In this document: one piece after another, positions 11,391-23,700 of the stretch
Layout of the letters: each line of letters begins with the position of its first letter
Numbering within the stretch: position 1 is the first letter of the stretch
Assembly: GCA_965644295.1 (NCBI GenBank)
Contig: CBFFRP010000241.1
Location: 124,001 to 188,000 of the forward strand
Source: Paraphysomonas bandaiensis
Lineage: Eukaryota; Protista; Chrysophyceae
Reading direction: 5' to 3'
Length of the DNA stretch: 64,000 bases
The notes under the pieces: model-generated
Database searches by the model: none
What the model was told of the DNA's origin: nothing
The model's input: the letters and a program-made list of their open reading frames with translations, nothing else
Position numbers and translations under genes: made by a program

Positions 11391-13786
11391 TTAATCAACG
11401 CCGTAGTTGCTCCTAAAAGACGAAGGCTGTAGTATCGTTATGGCCTTAGACACATGGGATGTAACTTTCTTGTTGACCTCCGTGAGGTTTCTGATGAGCC
11501 TCTCGTTAGCAGCAGTTATTTTGGCAGTATCAAGTCTTTTTCCTCGAGCCCATTCCCCTTCATATATCTCTCCATCAGAATAAGTCATGGTCCCATAGCC
11601 GTGCTCTTTCCCCTTCACCCACTCGCCTTGACCACAAAAATTAAAACATTGACCAACAACTGCAGCACGAAGATGCAAACCTTCATACACGTCCCCATCA
11701 CTTGACTTGTAGATACCTCGGCCATGCTCCAGTCCATTCTTCCAGTCCCCTTGATAGCTACTTCCATCTACCATGTCGCTGTAAAAAATGAAGTGTAACA
11801 AACTTTTCTATACCTGAATAAGTGTACATTCCTTTTCCTTCTTCTCTACCCATTACCCACTCACCGTTATACACATCACCATCCTATATGATATGACTTT
11901 AGTTCCACTATACAAGGAAAGGTGGTCGAAAGATACCTCGTACGTTAAAACTCCATTACCATGTTTCCTTCCACGTTTCCATTGTCCGATGTATACATCA
12001 CCGTTGCTTACACATGGATTACACAGCATACACAGAGTCAATATTTGAATGATACCTGTATGTAAGTTTTCCCCGACCACTCTTCTTTCCATTCTCAAAA
12101 GTTCCCGTATACACATCACCTGAGTCGGAGAGCGTTCCTTGCCCATGATACATGCCTTCTCGCCAGTTGCCCTCGTACACCACTCCGTCACCATTGTACC
12201 GACCGTAACCATGTTCTTTGCCATTGGCCCACGCGCCGTCGTACTCATCATCGCATCCGCCATACCTGTAGACATGGTTTGTTTATGTAAAAACGCCTCA
12301 CTACATAACTTCATGCTACATACTTGAATACACCACGACCATGCTCAATCCCATCAACCCAATCGCCGTCGTACACTCCACCGTCACCTAGACACGGAAA
12401 CACATTTACCTCAAACATTGATGGAACCGTACATCAATACCGGAATACGTGTACACCCCCTTTCCTTGTTTAGTTCCATCTACCCAGTTCCCTTCATAGG
12501 TATCACCATTCTAAACACCACAAGGTCAATCCATAAAATAATCAGTCTAGCTGGTACACCTCGTATGTGGCCTTCCCTTTGCCATTCTCTTTCCCCTCTA
12601 CCCAATTCCCAACATATGTAACTTTCTTTTTCATGTAGACCATCTCCCCATTTCCATTCGGTGCATTGTCTACCCACATTCCAGTGTACTTGTTCCCGTC
12701 GATAAAAACTATGGTGCCGTGCCCATTCCGTTTGTCATCCCTCCACATACCAGAGTAAACATCGCCACATTTGAAAGTCAATGAGCCTTCTCCGCAACGT
12801 ACTCCCTCAACCCACTGTCCGCGGTACACGTCACCACACATATAAGTACACTTTCCGTAACCCTGTGGTCGATCATGCACACATTTTCCCTCATACACTC
12901 CACATTCTATACTGTATTTCCCATGCCCATGCCGCTCACCATTCTCATTGACCTTTTCCACGGTGTAACTCATGTAAGGCAATAGGTCATCTAGAAGCTC
13001 CTTAATCAAAGCGACATCGTCATGGTTGGTTACAAATCCATCTTCCGGATAGTAGTCATCAAACCTAGAGTTATCCAAATACGGAAGCATAATTGGTGAT
13101 GTAAAGTTTGTGGTATCCTTCTTGATGTCAACATAATGAGGTCGACGACCGTTGAGTGCTGCTCTTTGAAGTTCACCCTCAAATTTTTCAAGCTTATCAG
13201 AATTCTTTGTAGGTATATTAGCACCGTAAAAGATCTCCAGTCTACACCAGGATCTGTTCAAGTACCCATCGCGGTCACCATTCCATGCTAACAAGTTACA
13301 CTCACTGTAGTATTGTGATGAAGAAATATCGTTTGTACATTCAGCAGTGCCTATAATCGGAGTAAATATACAATCACACTGCTGCATTATTTCACGCAGG
13401 CCTATAGCCTTAGCGGATAATGGGTAACTGAAATCAATGCAACTGTAGTCAATCCAACAGTAGCATTTACTTAAATTCGTCTGATTTTTCCATATATGAT
13501 AAATACCAGACTTACACAGAGTGAAGACATCGTTATGGATGTTATCAGGGTGTGGTTGACCACTGTATCCATCACATTGAGGAGATCCTCGTAACCAACG
13601 ATGACTAACAAATACAATGAAGGCATTAGAGGATTCAATTGATGATAATGAGCATGTGATTTCATTGAATTCTACAAACTTTGGAAATGAATTATATTCA
13701 CATAATTTACTAAAATCTAGTAAATAAATATTAGATTCATTGGATTTTTTGGTTGGATTAATACGAAAACTCTGACATAAACCCAT
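11391..13786 (-). CDS. HET/TIR-like domain + MORN-repeat protein (7 exons)
   Basis: FVSHRW, WIDYSCI and YLNRSWCRLE in exon 1; many GDxYxGxW..G..HG.G repeats; introns 12559-12511, 12440-12388, 12055-12007, 11936-11884, 11813-11768 and 11680-11627 restore frame. Confidence 0.8.
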
Positions 13787-14711
13787 TTTAGAATAGTTTT
13801 AGGGATATTTTCATATAGTTTTAAGGGTATTTTTAGATGGTTTTAGATATTTTTAGAGTTTTTTATATAGATTTATTTATATTTCATGTCTATATGAATA
13901 GGTGTGGATAGATATAATCATGTGGAGTGATTGTGGTCATTGTGTTGGAGATTCACCATGTATAGTATTGGGATGGTAGAGTAATCCTGTAGAGATGCAG
14001 ATCTATATGATCCACTGGAGTTGCACTGTGCTGTATTATGGTAGCTGAGGTGTACATGTATGCATACAGAGTGTACAATGGACATTCTGTGTACTGGCAG
14101 GCAAACTCTGTACATCTAGATGATGATGATGTCAGCTCTCGAAATATGTATAGATATAGCCATTTGTTGTGGTACTTAGGTCAAAAAACAGCATTTTTTC
14201 TAAAAATAGTGTCTAAATATCCTGCATTTTAAATATACAATAGAAAAAAATCTAATTTTTATATATATGTGTAACGGTCCATGCATATGTAGGGTATGTT
14301 TACTAGTGCTGTGTATACCATATACAGCAGCTGTGTATGTTGTAGGTTTCAGTGGTTGTCGTGCACTAGAAATATCTAAAAATCTAGAAATATATCAAAT
14401 AAAATCAAAAAAGTCGAGAAAATAACAATTTTGACAGTTGAAAATGAGTTTTTATGAACTTTTATTGTAATATTTGAGTATAATGGCGATGATTTAGGAA
14501 GAAGAAAATATATTCGAGTTCATCACATGCACTGGGAGTTACTTCCATGCGATAGTTCATCATATCATCGCAATATATCGTATGTATTGTCTGTGTTGTC
14601 GAAATGAGTCATCATTAAAGAGTTCATTATGTCTTTATTCAAGTTGTGAAGCTTTATATAAGAGTCACTACAGATTAACATCCTCTTAGCGGTGATATTA
14701 CTGACACGATC

Positions 14712-17700
14712 ATGTATAAACCACGACAGTGGTATGTCGTGTTTATACTTTTTTTTAATCTTTTACTTATTGTGTCGCCTTCAACACTTCAACCGACATC
14801 TCTATTAACACCCCAACCAAGTATATGTCCGACTAGTGAACCATCTGAACAACCAACTCGAGAGCCATCTTTTCAACCCACTAGTCGACCAACTGATGTG
14901 CCCACTCAGCCTTCTAGCTTACCGTCTAGCGAACCTACAGGTCAACCGACTGGATTTCCCACGGGACAACCTTCGGGGCAGCCAACTGGATACCCTACTG
15001 GTCAACCAACATGTGTCCCTACTGGAGAGCCTACAGGTTACCCTACTGGCCAGCCTAGTGGCCTACCGACGTGTATGCCTACTGGTCAACCTACTGGTCA
15101 GCCAACAGGTCAACCGACTAGCCAACCTACATGTTACCCAACTGGGGAACCAACAAGTCAACCAACATGCCAGCCCATAGGGCAGCCTACTAGTCAGCCT
15201 ACGGGGCAGCCTTCAAGTAATCCTACTAGTCAGCCAACTGGACAGCCAACTGGTGAACCAAGTTATGAACCTACAGGAGAGCCGACAGGTCATCCAACAG
15301 GCCAACCAAGTGGACAACCTACCGGGCAGCCAACAGGACAGCCATCAAGTGACCCCACTGGACAACCAACTGAGCAACCCTCAGCTCTACCTACGGGGCA
15401 GCCAACTTGTCGACCTACTGGGGAGCCTACAGGGCAACCCACTGGACAGCCCATTGGTCAGCCTACCGGACAACCCACAGCTCTACCGTCAGGACACCCT
15501 ACAAGTGAGCCGACTGGTGAGCCCACAGGACAACCGACATGTCTGCCTTCTGGGATGCCATCAAGTGAACCCACGGGAGAGCCTACGAGTCAACCAAGTA
15601 GTCACCCGACTGGGCAGCCTACGGGGCTGCCTACAGGTGAGCCGACTGGTACACCCACTGGACATCCTACTCGTCAACCGACAGCTCTACCTTCAGGACA
15701 ACCTACCGGTGAGCCAACTGGTCAACCAACGGGACAGCCTACTTGTCGACCTACAGGATACCCATCAAGTGAGCCCACTGGAGAGCCTACGCTGCAGCCG
15801 ACTGAACAACCTACGGGGAAGCCAACAAGACTGCCCACGGGTCAACCTTCTGGGCAGCCAACTGGTCAGCCCACTGGTCAGCCTACTAGTCAACCTACAG
15901 TACAACCAACGTGTCCGCCAACAGGGCAGCCAACAGGTCAACCTACAGGTCAGCCGACGGGGGAACCAACTAGTCAACCAACAGGGGATCCTACAGGGGA
16001 GCCTACTGAACATCCTACAGGTCAGCCATCTGGTCAGCCAACAGGTCAACCTACAGGACAGCCTACTGGACAGCCCACGGGCCAGCCTACAGCACAGCCT
16101 ACTGGTCAACCAACAGGTCAGCCTAGTGGGTATCCGACAGGACAACCGTCAGGTCAACCGACTGGCCAGCCAACTGGTGAGCCAACTGGTGCACCTACAG
16201 GTCAGCCAACCGGAGAGCCAACTGCTGAGCCCACCGGTCAACCGACAGGAAAGCCAACTAGGCAACCGACAGGGGAGCCAACTTTTCAACCTACTGGTCT
16301 GCCGACCGGACTGCCAACGGAACTTCCAACTGGTCAGCCCACGGGCGTGCCAACTTATCAACCAACAGGACAACCGACTGGTCGGCCTACAGGGGAGCCA
16401 AGTTGTCAGCCGACGGGACAGCCTACCGGACAACCCACAGTAGGACCAACCGGACAGCCAACAGGTCAACCTACTGGTCAGCCGACAGGACAACCAACAT
16501 GTCAACCTACTGCGCAGCCAACTGGTCAACCGACAGGAGAACCTACAGGTCAACCTTCCGGCCAACCTACAGGCCAGCCTACTGGTGAACCATCCGGACA
16601 GCCAACTGCTCAGCCATCAGGTCAACCTACTTGTCAGCCTACTGGGGAGCCATCCGGACAGCCTACGGGGGAGCCCACAGGTCAACCTTCTGGCCAGCCA
16701 ACTGCTCAACCCACTGGTCAGCCTACACGTCATCCAACTGGGCAGCCTACAGGGCAGCCAACTGGGGAGCCAACTGGACAACCTAGTGGGTATCCGACTG
16801 GACAACCGACTGGTCATCCAACAGGGCAGCCAACTGGTCTTCCCACTGGTCAACCAACGGGGAAGCCCACTGGGCAGCCAACTGGCCTTCCCACTGGTCA
16901 GCCAACATGCCAGCCTTCAAGTCAACCTACAGGAATACCAACTGGACAACCTACTGGTCAGCCTACACGACTACCTACAGGACTACCTACTGGATCACCT
17001 ACTGGGCAGCCGACGGGTCAGCCCACTGGACAACCGACAGGTCAACCTACTGGTCAGCCTACCGGACAACCAACTGGCCAGCCTACAGGACAGCCAACAG
17101 GACAACCAACTGGTCAGCCAACTTGGGAGCCTACTGGACAACCCACTGGTCAACCTACTGGTCAGCCAACCGGGCAACCTACAGCACTGCCGACAGGAGA
17201 GCCATCTGGTCAACCTACTGGGCAGCCTACAGGCCAGCCGTCTGGTCATCCAACCGGTGAGCCAACCGGTCGACCTACAGGGCAGCCTACGGGACAGCCA
17301 ACTGGTCAGCCAACTTGGGAGCCAACCGGTCAACCTACTGGGCAGCCGACGGGGGAACCAACAGGTCAGCCCACTGGACAGCCAACCGGACAGCCAACTT
17401 GTCAGCCCACGGGACAGCCAACGGGACAGCCCACTGGTGAGCCTACGGGTCAGCCAACTTGTCAGCCCACGGGACAGCCCACAGGACAGCCAACGGGACA
17501 GCCCACTGGTGAACCTACGAGTCAGCCAACTGGACAACCTACTGGTCAACCGACGGGAGAACCCACTGGGCAGCCAACGGGTCAACCTACTAGTCAGCCT
17601 TCAGGTCAACCCACTGGTCAGCCAACGGGGGAACCATCTATACAACCAACTGGTGAACCTACTGGTCAGCCAACAGGACAGCCCACAGGGCAACCAACAA

Positions 17701-20700
17701 GTCATCCAACTGGGGAGCCAACCGGTGAACCTACTGGTCAGCCTACAGGACTGCCCACAGGGCAACCAACTAGTCAGCCAACTGGTGAGCCAACCAGGCA
17801 GCCTACTGGTGAACCGACGGGCCAACCGACTGGGCACCCGACGGGACAACCAACCGGGCAGCCTAGTGGTCAGCCGACGGGTCTGCCGACAGGGCAGCCA
17901 ACGGGACAGCCAACTGGGGAGCCTACCGGTCAGCCAACTGGTCAGCCTACTGGACAACCGACAGTTCATCCTACTGGTCAGCCGACGGGAGAACCTACTG
18001 GTGAACCGACTGGCCAGCCAAGTGGACTGCCAACGGGACAGCCGACTGGTCATCCTACTGGGCAGCCAAGTGGTAAGCCTACAGGTCAACCGACAGGCCA
18101 ACCCACCGGTCAACCAACTGGTAAGCCCAGTGGTAAGCCCACGGGACAACCAACAGGCCAGCCAACTGGTCAGCCAACAGGTGAGCCTACTGGTCAACCA
18201 ACAGGTCAACCTACTGGTCAGCCAACAGGTCAACCTACTGGGCAGCCAACAGGACAACCTTCTGGACAGCCTACTGGGGAACCAACTGGTCAACCGACAG
18301 GCCAGCCGACGGGGGAACCAACAGGACAACCAACTGGTCAGCCCACTGGACAGCCGACGGGACAGCCAACAGGCCAGCCCACGGGTCAGCCAACTGGTGA
18401 GCCTACTGGGCAGCCAACAGGTCAACCTACTGGCCAGCCAACAGGCCAGCCAACTGGTGAGCCAAGTGGACTGCCAACGGGACAGCCGACGGGGGAGCCT
18501 ACTGGACAACCCACAGGCCAGCCGACGGGGGAACCAACAGGACAACCAACTGGTCAGCCCAGTGGACATCCCACGGGACAGCCAACAGGTCAGCCAACAG
18601 GTCAGCCAACTGGTGAGCCAACTGGACAACCAACAGGTCAACCTACTGGGCAGCCAACAGGACAGCCAACTGGTCAACCTACTGGTGAGCCCACGGGACA
18701 GCCTACTGGGGAGCCAACTGGTGAACCGACAGGTCAGCCAACAGGCCAACCTACTGGTCAACCAACGGGTCAGCCCACTGGACATCCCACGGGACAGCCA
18801 ACAGGTCAGCCCACGGGTCAGCCAACTGGTGAGCCAACTGGACAACCAACAGGTCAACCTACTGGGCAGCCAACAGGACAGCCAACTGGTCAACCTACTG
18901 GTGAGCCCACGGGACAGCCTACTGGGGAGCCAACTGGTGAACCGACAGGTCAGCCAACAGGCCAACCTACTGGTCAACCAACGGGTCAGCCCACTGGACA
19001 GCCGACGGGACAGCCAACAGGCCAGCCCACGGGTCAGCCAACTGGTGAGCCAACTGGACAACCAACAGGTCAGCCTACTGGCCAGCCAACAGGCCAGCCA
19101 ACTGGTGAGCCCACGGGACTGCCCACAGGCCAGCCGACGGGGGAGCCTACTGGACAACCCACAGGCCAGCCGACGGGGGAACCAACAGGACAACCAACTG
19201 GTCAGCCCACTGGACAGCCGACGGGACAGCCAACAGGTCAGCCAACAGGTCAGCCAACTGGTGAGCCAACTGGACAACCAACAGGTCAACCTACTGGGCA
19301 GCCAACAGGACAGCCAACTGGTCAACCTACTGGTGAGCCCACGGGACAGCCTACTGGGGAGCCAACTGGACAACCCACAGGCCAGCCAACAGGCCAACCA
19401 ACCGGTCAACCAACGGGTCAGCCCAGCGGACATCCCACGGGACAGCCAACAGGCCAGCCCACGGGTCAGCCAACAGGTGAGCCTACTGGTCAACCGACAG
19501 GTCAACCTACTGGCCAGCCAACAGGTCAACCTACTGGGCAGCCAACAGGACAACCTTCTGGACAGCCTACTGGGGAACCAACTGGTGAACCGACAGGCCA
19601 GCCGACGGGGGAACCAACAGGCCAGCCGACAGGACAACCTACTGGACAGCCGACGGGACAGCCAACAGGCCAGCCAACTGGTCAGCCAACTGGTGAGCCT
19701 ACTGGGCAGCCAACAGGTCAACCTACTGGGCAGCCAACAGGCCAGCCAACTGGTCAACCTACTGGTGAGCCCACGGGACAGCCTACTGGGGAGCCAACTG
19801 GACAACCCACAGGCCAGCCGACGGGCCAGCCAACAGGACAACCAACTGGTCAGCCCACTGGACAGCCAACGGGACAGCCAACAGGCCAGCCCACGGGTCA
19901 GCCAACAGGTGAGCCTACTGGTCAACCAACAGGTCAACCTACTGGCCAGCCAACAGGTCAACCTACTGGGCAGCCAACAGGCCAGCCAACTGGACAGCCT
20001 ACTGGGGAGCCAACTGGTGAACCGACAGGCCAGCCGACGGGGGAACCAACAGGCCAGCCGACAGGACAACCTACAGGTGAGCCGACGGGACAGCCAACAG
20101 GCCAGCCCACGGGTCAGCCAACTGGTGAGCCTACTGGGCAGCCAACAGGTCAACCTACTGGGCAGCCAACAGGCCAGCCAACTGGTCAACCTACTGGTGA
20201 GCCCACGGGACAGCCTACTGGGGAGCCAACTGGACAACCCACAGGCCAGCCGACGGGCCAGCCAACAGGACAACCAACTGGTCAGCCCACTGGACAGCCA
20301 ACGGGCCAGCCAACAGGCCAGCCCACGGGCCAGCCAACTGGTGAGCCTACTGGTCAACCAACAGGTCAACCTACTGGGCAGCCAACAGGCCAGCCAACAG
20401 GTCAACCTACTGGTGAGCCGACTGGACAACCTTCTGGACAACCCACTGGTCAGCCCACGGGACAACCTACAGGTCAACCTTCTGGGCAGCCTACTGGGCA
20501 GCCAACAGGTCAACCCACAGGTCAGCCAACAGGGCAACCTACTGGTCAGCCCACCGGACAGCCTTCTGGTCAACCGACAGGACAACCCACAGGACAGCCA
20601 ACGGCACAACCTACTGGTGAGCCCACGGGACAGCCAACTGGTCAACCTACTGGTCAACCGACCGGGGAACCAACAGGACAACCTACTGGTCAACCTACAG

Positions 20701-23700
20701 GACAGCCTTCTGGCGAGCCTACAGGGCAGCCAACAGGACAACCTACTGGGCAACCAACGGGACAGCCAACTGGACAACCTACTGGGCAGCCAACAGGTCA
20801 ACCCACTGGACAGCCTACAGGTCAACCGACAGGTCAACCGACGGGCCAGCCAACAGGTCAACCAACTGGTCAGCCTACTGGTCAACCTACAGGACAGCCA
20901 ACAGGACAACCAACTGGTCAACCGACAGGACAGCCCACTGGTCAGCCTACGGGACAACCCACAGGACAGCCAACTGGGCAACCAACAGGACAACCTACTG
21001 GACAACCCACTGGTCAACCCACTGGACAGCCTACAGGAGAGCCCACTGGTCAACCGACGGGCCAGCCAACAGGTCAACCTACTGGACAGCCCACTGGTCA
21101 ACCTACAGGACAGCCAACGGGACAGCCAACTGGTCAACCGACTGGACAGCCCACTGGTCAGCCTACGGGACAACCCACAGGACAGCCAACGGGACAACCT
21201 TCTGGACAGCCTACTGGACAGCCAACAGGACAACCCACAGGCCAGCCCACTGGTCAACCGACGGGCCAGCCAACAGGTCAACCTACTGGACAGCCTACTG
21301 GTCAGCCAACTGGTCAGCCGACGGGTCAACCGACTGGACAGCCAACCGGACAGCCAACTAGTCAACCGACTGGGGAGCCGACAGGTCAACCAACTGGTCA
21401 GCCCACTGGTCAACCTACAGGTTTGCCGACTGGCCAACCGTCTGGATGGCCTAGTTCTGAGCCGTCATCAATTCCGTCAAGTGCGCCGACTAAGTTCCCG
21501 ACCATGAGGCCCACTCTGTCTCCCACTGTTGGTGGAAAGCGGTCAACATCTCATCCAACTTGGCGTCCAACGCGTAGGCCTACCTGGTGTCCCACTGAGT
21601 CGCCAACTTTTGCACCGTCCATTGATTATAGCCAGTACGCTTATGATGAGATGTATACTATGTACACGTCATTAGACGCCCAAGACGACTTAGCCGTGTC
21701 ATTTGGCTCGTTTAATTACAAAGGTTTAGATGTGGACAGTACATGTAGTGAGTGGCCATCTTTTCAAACGAATGCATTTTCTATTCCTGTTGATGGTATT
21801 TCTGTGGAGTCAATATCTGTTGCGTATGGGTATAGATCAACTCTTGAATCTGCGTTTCACCAGAATATAATCACTTGTGCTGACAAAGAAGTTGTAGACA
21901 TAATGACTGATAATTTTTTAACGCAAAAAGAATTCTATGTTAATTGTGGTGGCAACAAGTGGAGATACGCCAAGTGCAGGTCTGGAAACTATGTGATTTG
22001 TATAAATTGTGGTACGACCAACAGACAGGGCTGTTATGATTATCCCCAAACACTGTTTCATCCTTGTTACAAAGGCAATACCCAGGAGACATTCTATTCA
22101 CACTTGACGATTCAGCTAAAAGAATCAATCCTCTACCCTCAAATTCACGGGCAGTCAATCAATGCAAATGAAAATTCTTTAGTGGTCAACTTAAATATTT
22201 CAACGAACGGTGTGCTCTATTGCTCTGCTTTTCGTGTTGGAGATGTTATTCCATCGTCGGTCTCTCGAATTGTAAAGGACGGGGCCCAGACTGTTGTTGA
22301 TGGAAATTCGAATGTGTCGTCAATATCTGCAGCCGTTTATATTGATGACCTTGATCCGATGACGACGTATAGTGTGTACTGCTATACTGAAGATTTCAGT
22401 GGTAACTCAATGGGAATTGAAGAAGTTTTGGCCACCCGTCAATTAGCGAATACAACTTGTTGTAGGCGCATTTTACTATCGAAGGGAGTTCCATCTATTC
22501 AGCAATATGTTCTGGGAAAAGATGAATTCGAATTTAGTTTTACTTTGAACTCGTATCCGCAGCGAGAAATTCGCGTCGACATCGAATTGGTGGCAATTAA
22601 TTGCGGTCGTACATATAATACGACCTGTGGAGTGGCAGAAGCATACCCTTCGCAATTTACGTTCTCTCCAGAGTCAATATCTCTGGAATCTGTGTTTGTC
22701 GTACGAGGAGAGACAGGTGATTATAATTTGTCTATATCCACTTACAGTTCCAAGTTAGATAGTGATTGGTATCACGGAGTATATTCGAACCTCACTATAA
22801 ATCCCTATGGGTCTAATATTGCCCCTCCCCGTATATCATCGGCGCAGTTTTCTCCCGATGGCAGAAAAATATTGGTTCGGTTTGATTCTGCGACGCACAA
22901 TGGGGGTGCTGATACAGATGGCTTTGATAAAGACTTCGATTGCGCGGAAGTTATGAATTTTGTTGGAATATCATCATCCCAGTGCCGTTGGAGCACAAGC
23001 AAACTTCTAACGGTGTACCTACGCTACTCATCCAATGTGTACGTTAACATAGGAGATGTACTTACTCTATATGCGGGAGTTGTAAAGGCAGCTTGTCTTG
23101 ATGGATTTGTGTGCAGTGATTTTGTAGCAAACTCGCCACAATCTGTGGTCATTAAAAAATCTAGCAGTCATGTAATTCCTGAGGTGTCTTTATCTGTTTC
23201 TGGGCGAACAATATCAAAATGCTCAAATTTATTGTTAGATCCAACGTTATCTAGGTTCAAGGGTGGTAGCATGAGACCGTGGAAAAGTATTTCGTGGACC
23301 GTGACCGGCACAGGGGGTAATGCGACTGCGATATCACAGCTGTTAGATACCGAATATAGTTCAGATACTCAACGTACGATTACAATCCCTTATTCAATGA
23401 TATCTGTGGGGAAGTTAACGTTTTCGTTGCGTCTACAGGCATTTTGGGGGAAAAGTGCGGCTGTCAGTTCAACAGTTACTGTAATTGATGACGTGGTTGC
23501 TGAGATAAGTATATTAGGCCCTGCTGTAAAGTCTATATTCCGATGGCAAGTACTGGAGTTATTTACACAAACGGAGGTTTCATTTTGTTCTGTAAACGGG
23601 TCTACCAACTTCACAGCGTTCCAATATTTGTGGTCTGGATATAAAGGAACTAAATTTGAGAACACGCTTTCGTCTGTTTCGAATGATCCCAGGTCATTCA

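Noticed and set aside
13786-13870. Interstitial telomere (TTTAGGG-like)
   Set aside because: Only one true TTTAGGG; the period is ~11 bp, not 6-8
14826-21500. CRISPR-like array
   Set aside because: Contiguous coding repeats without unique spacers; eukaryotic context, no cas genes
16585-21507. 1640-aa alternative-frame and 1278-aa antisense ORFs over the PTGQ array
   Set aside because: The CCN ACN GGN CAR unit rarely yields stops in those frames; these are shadow ORFs
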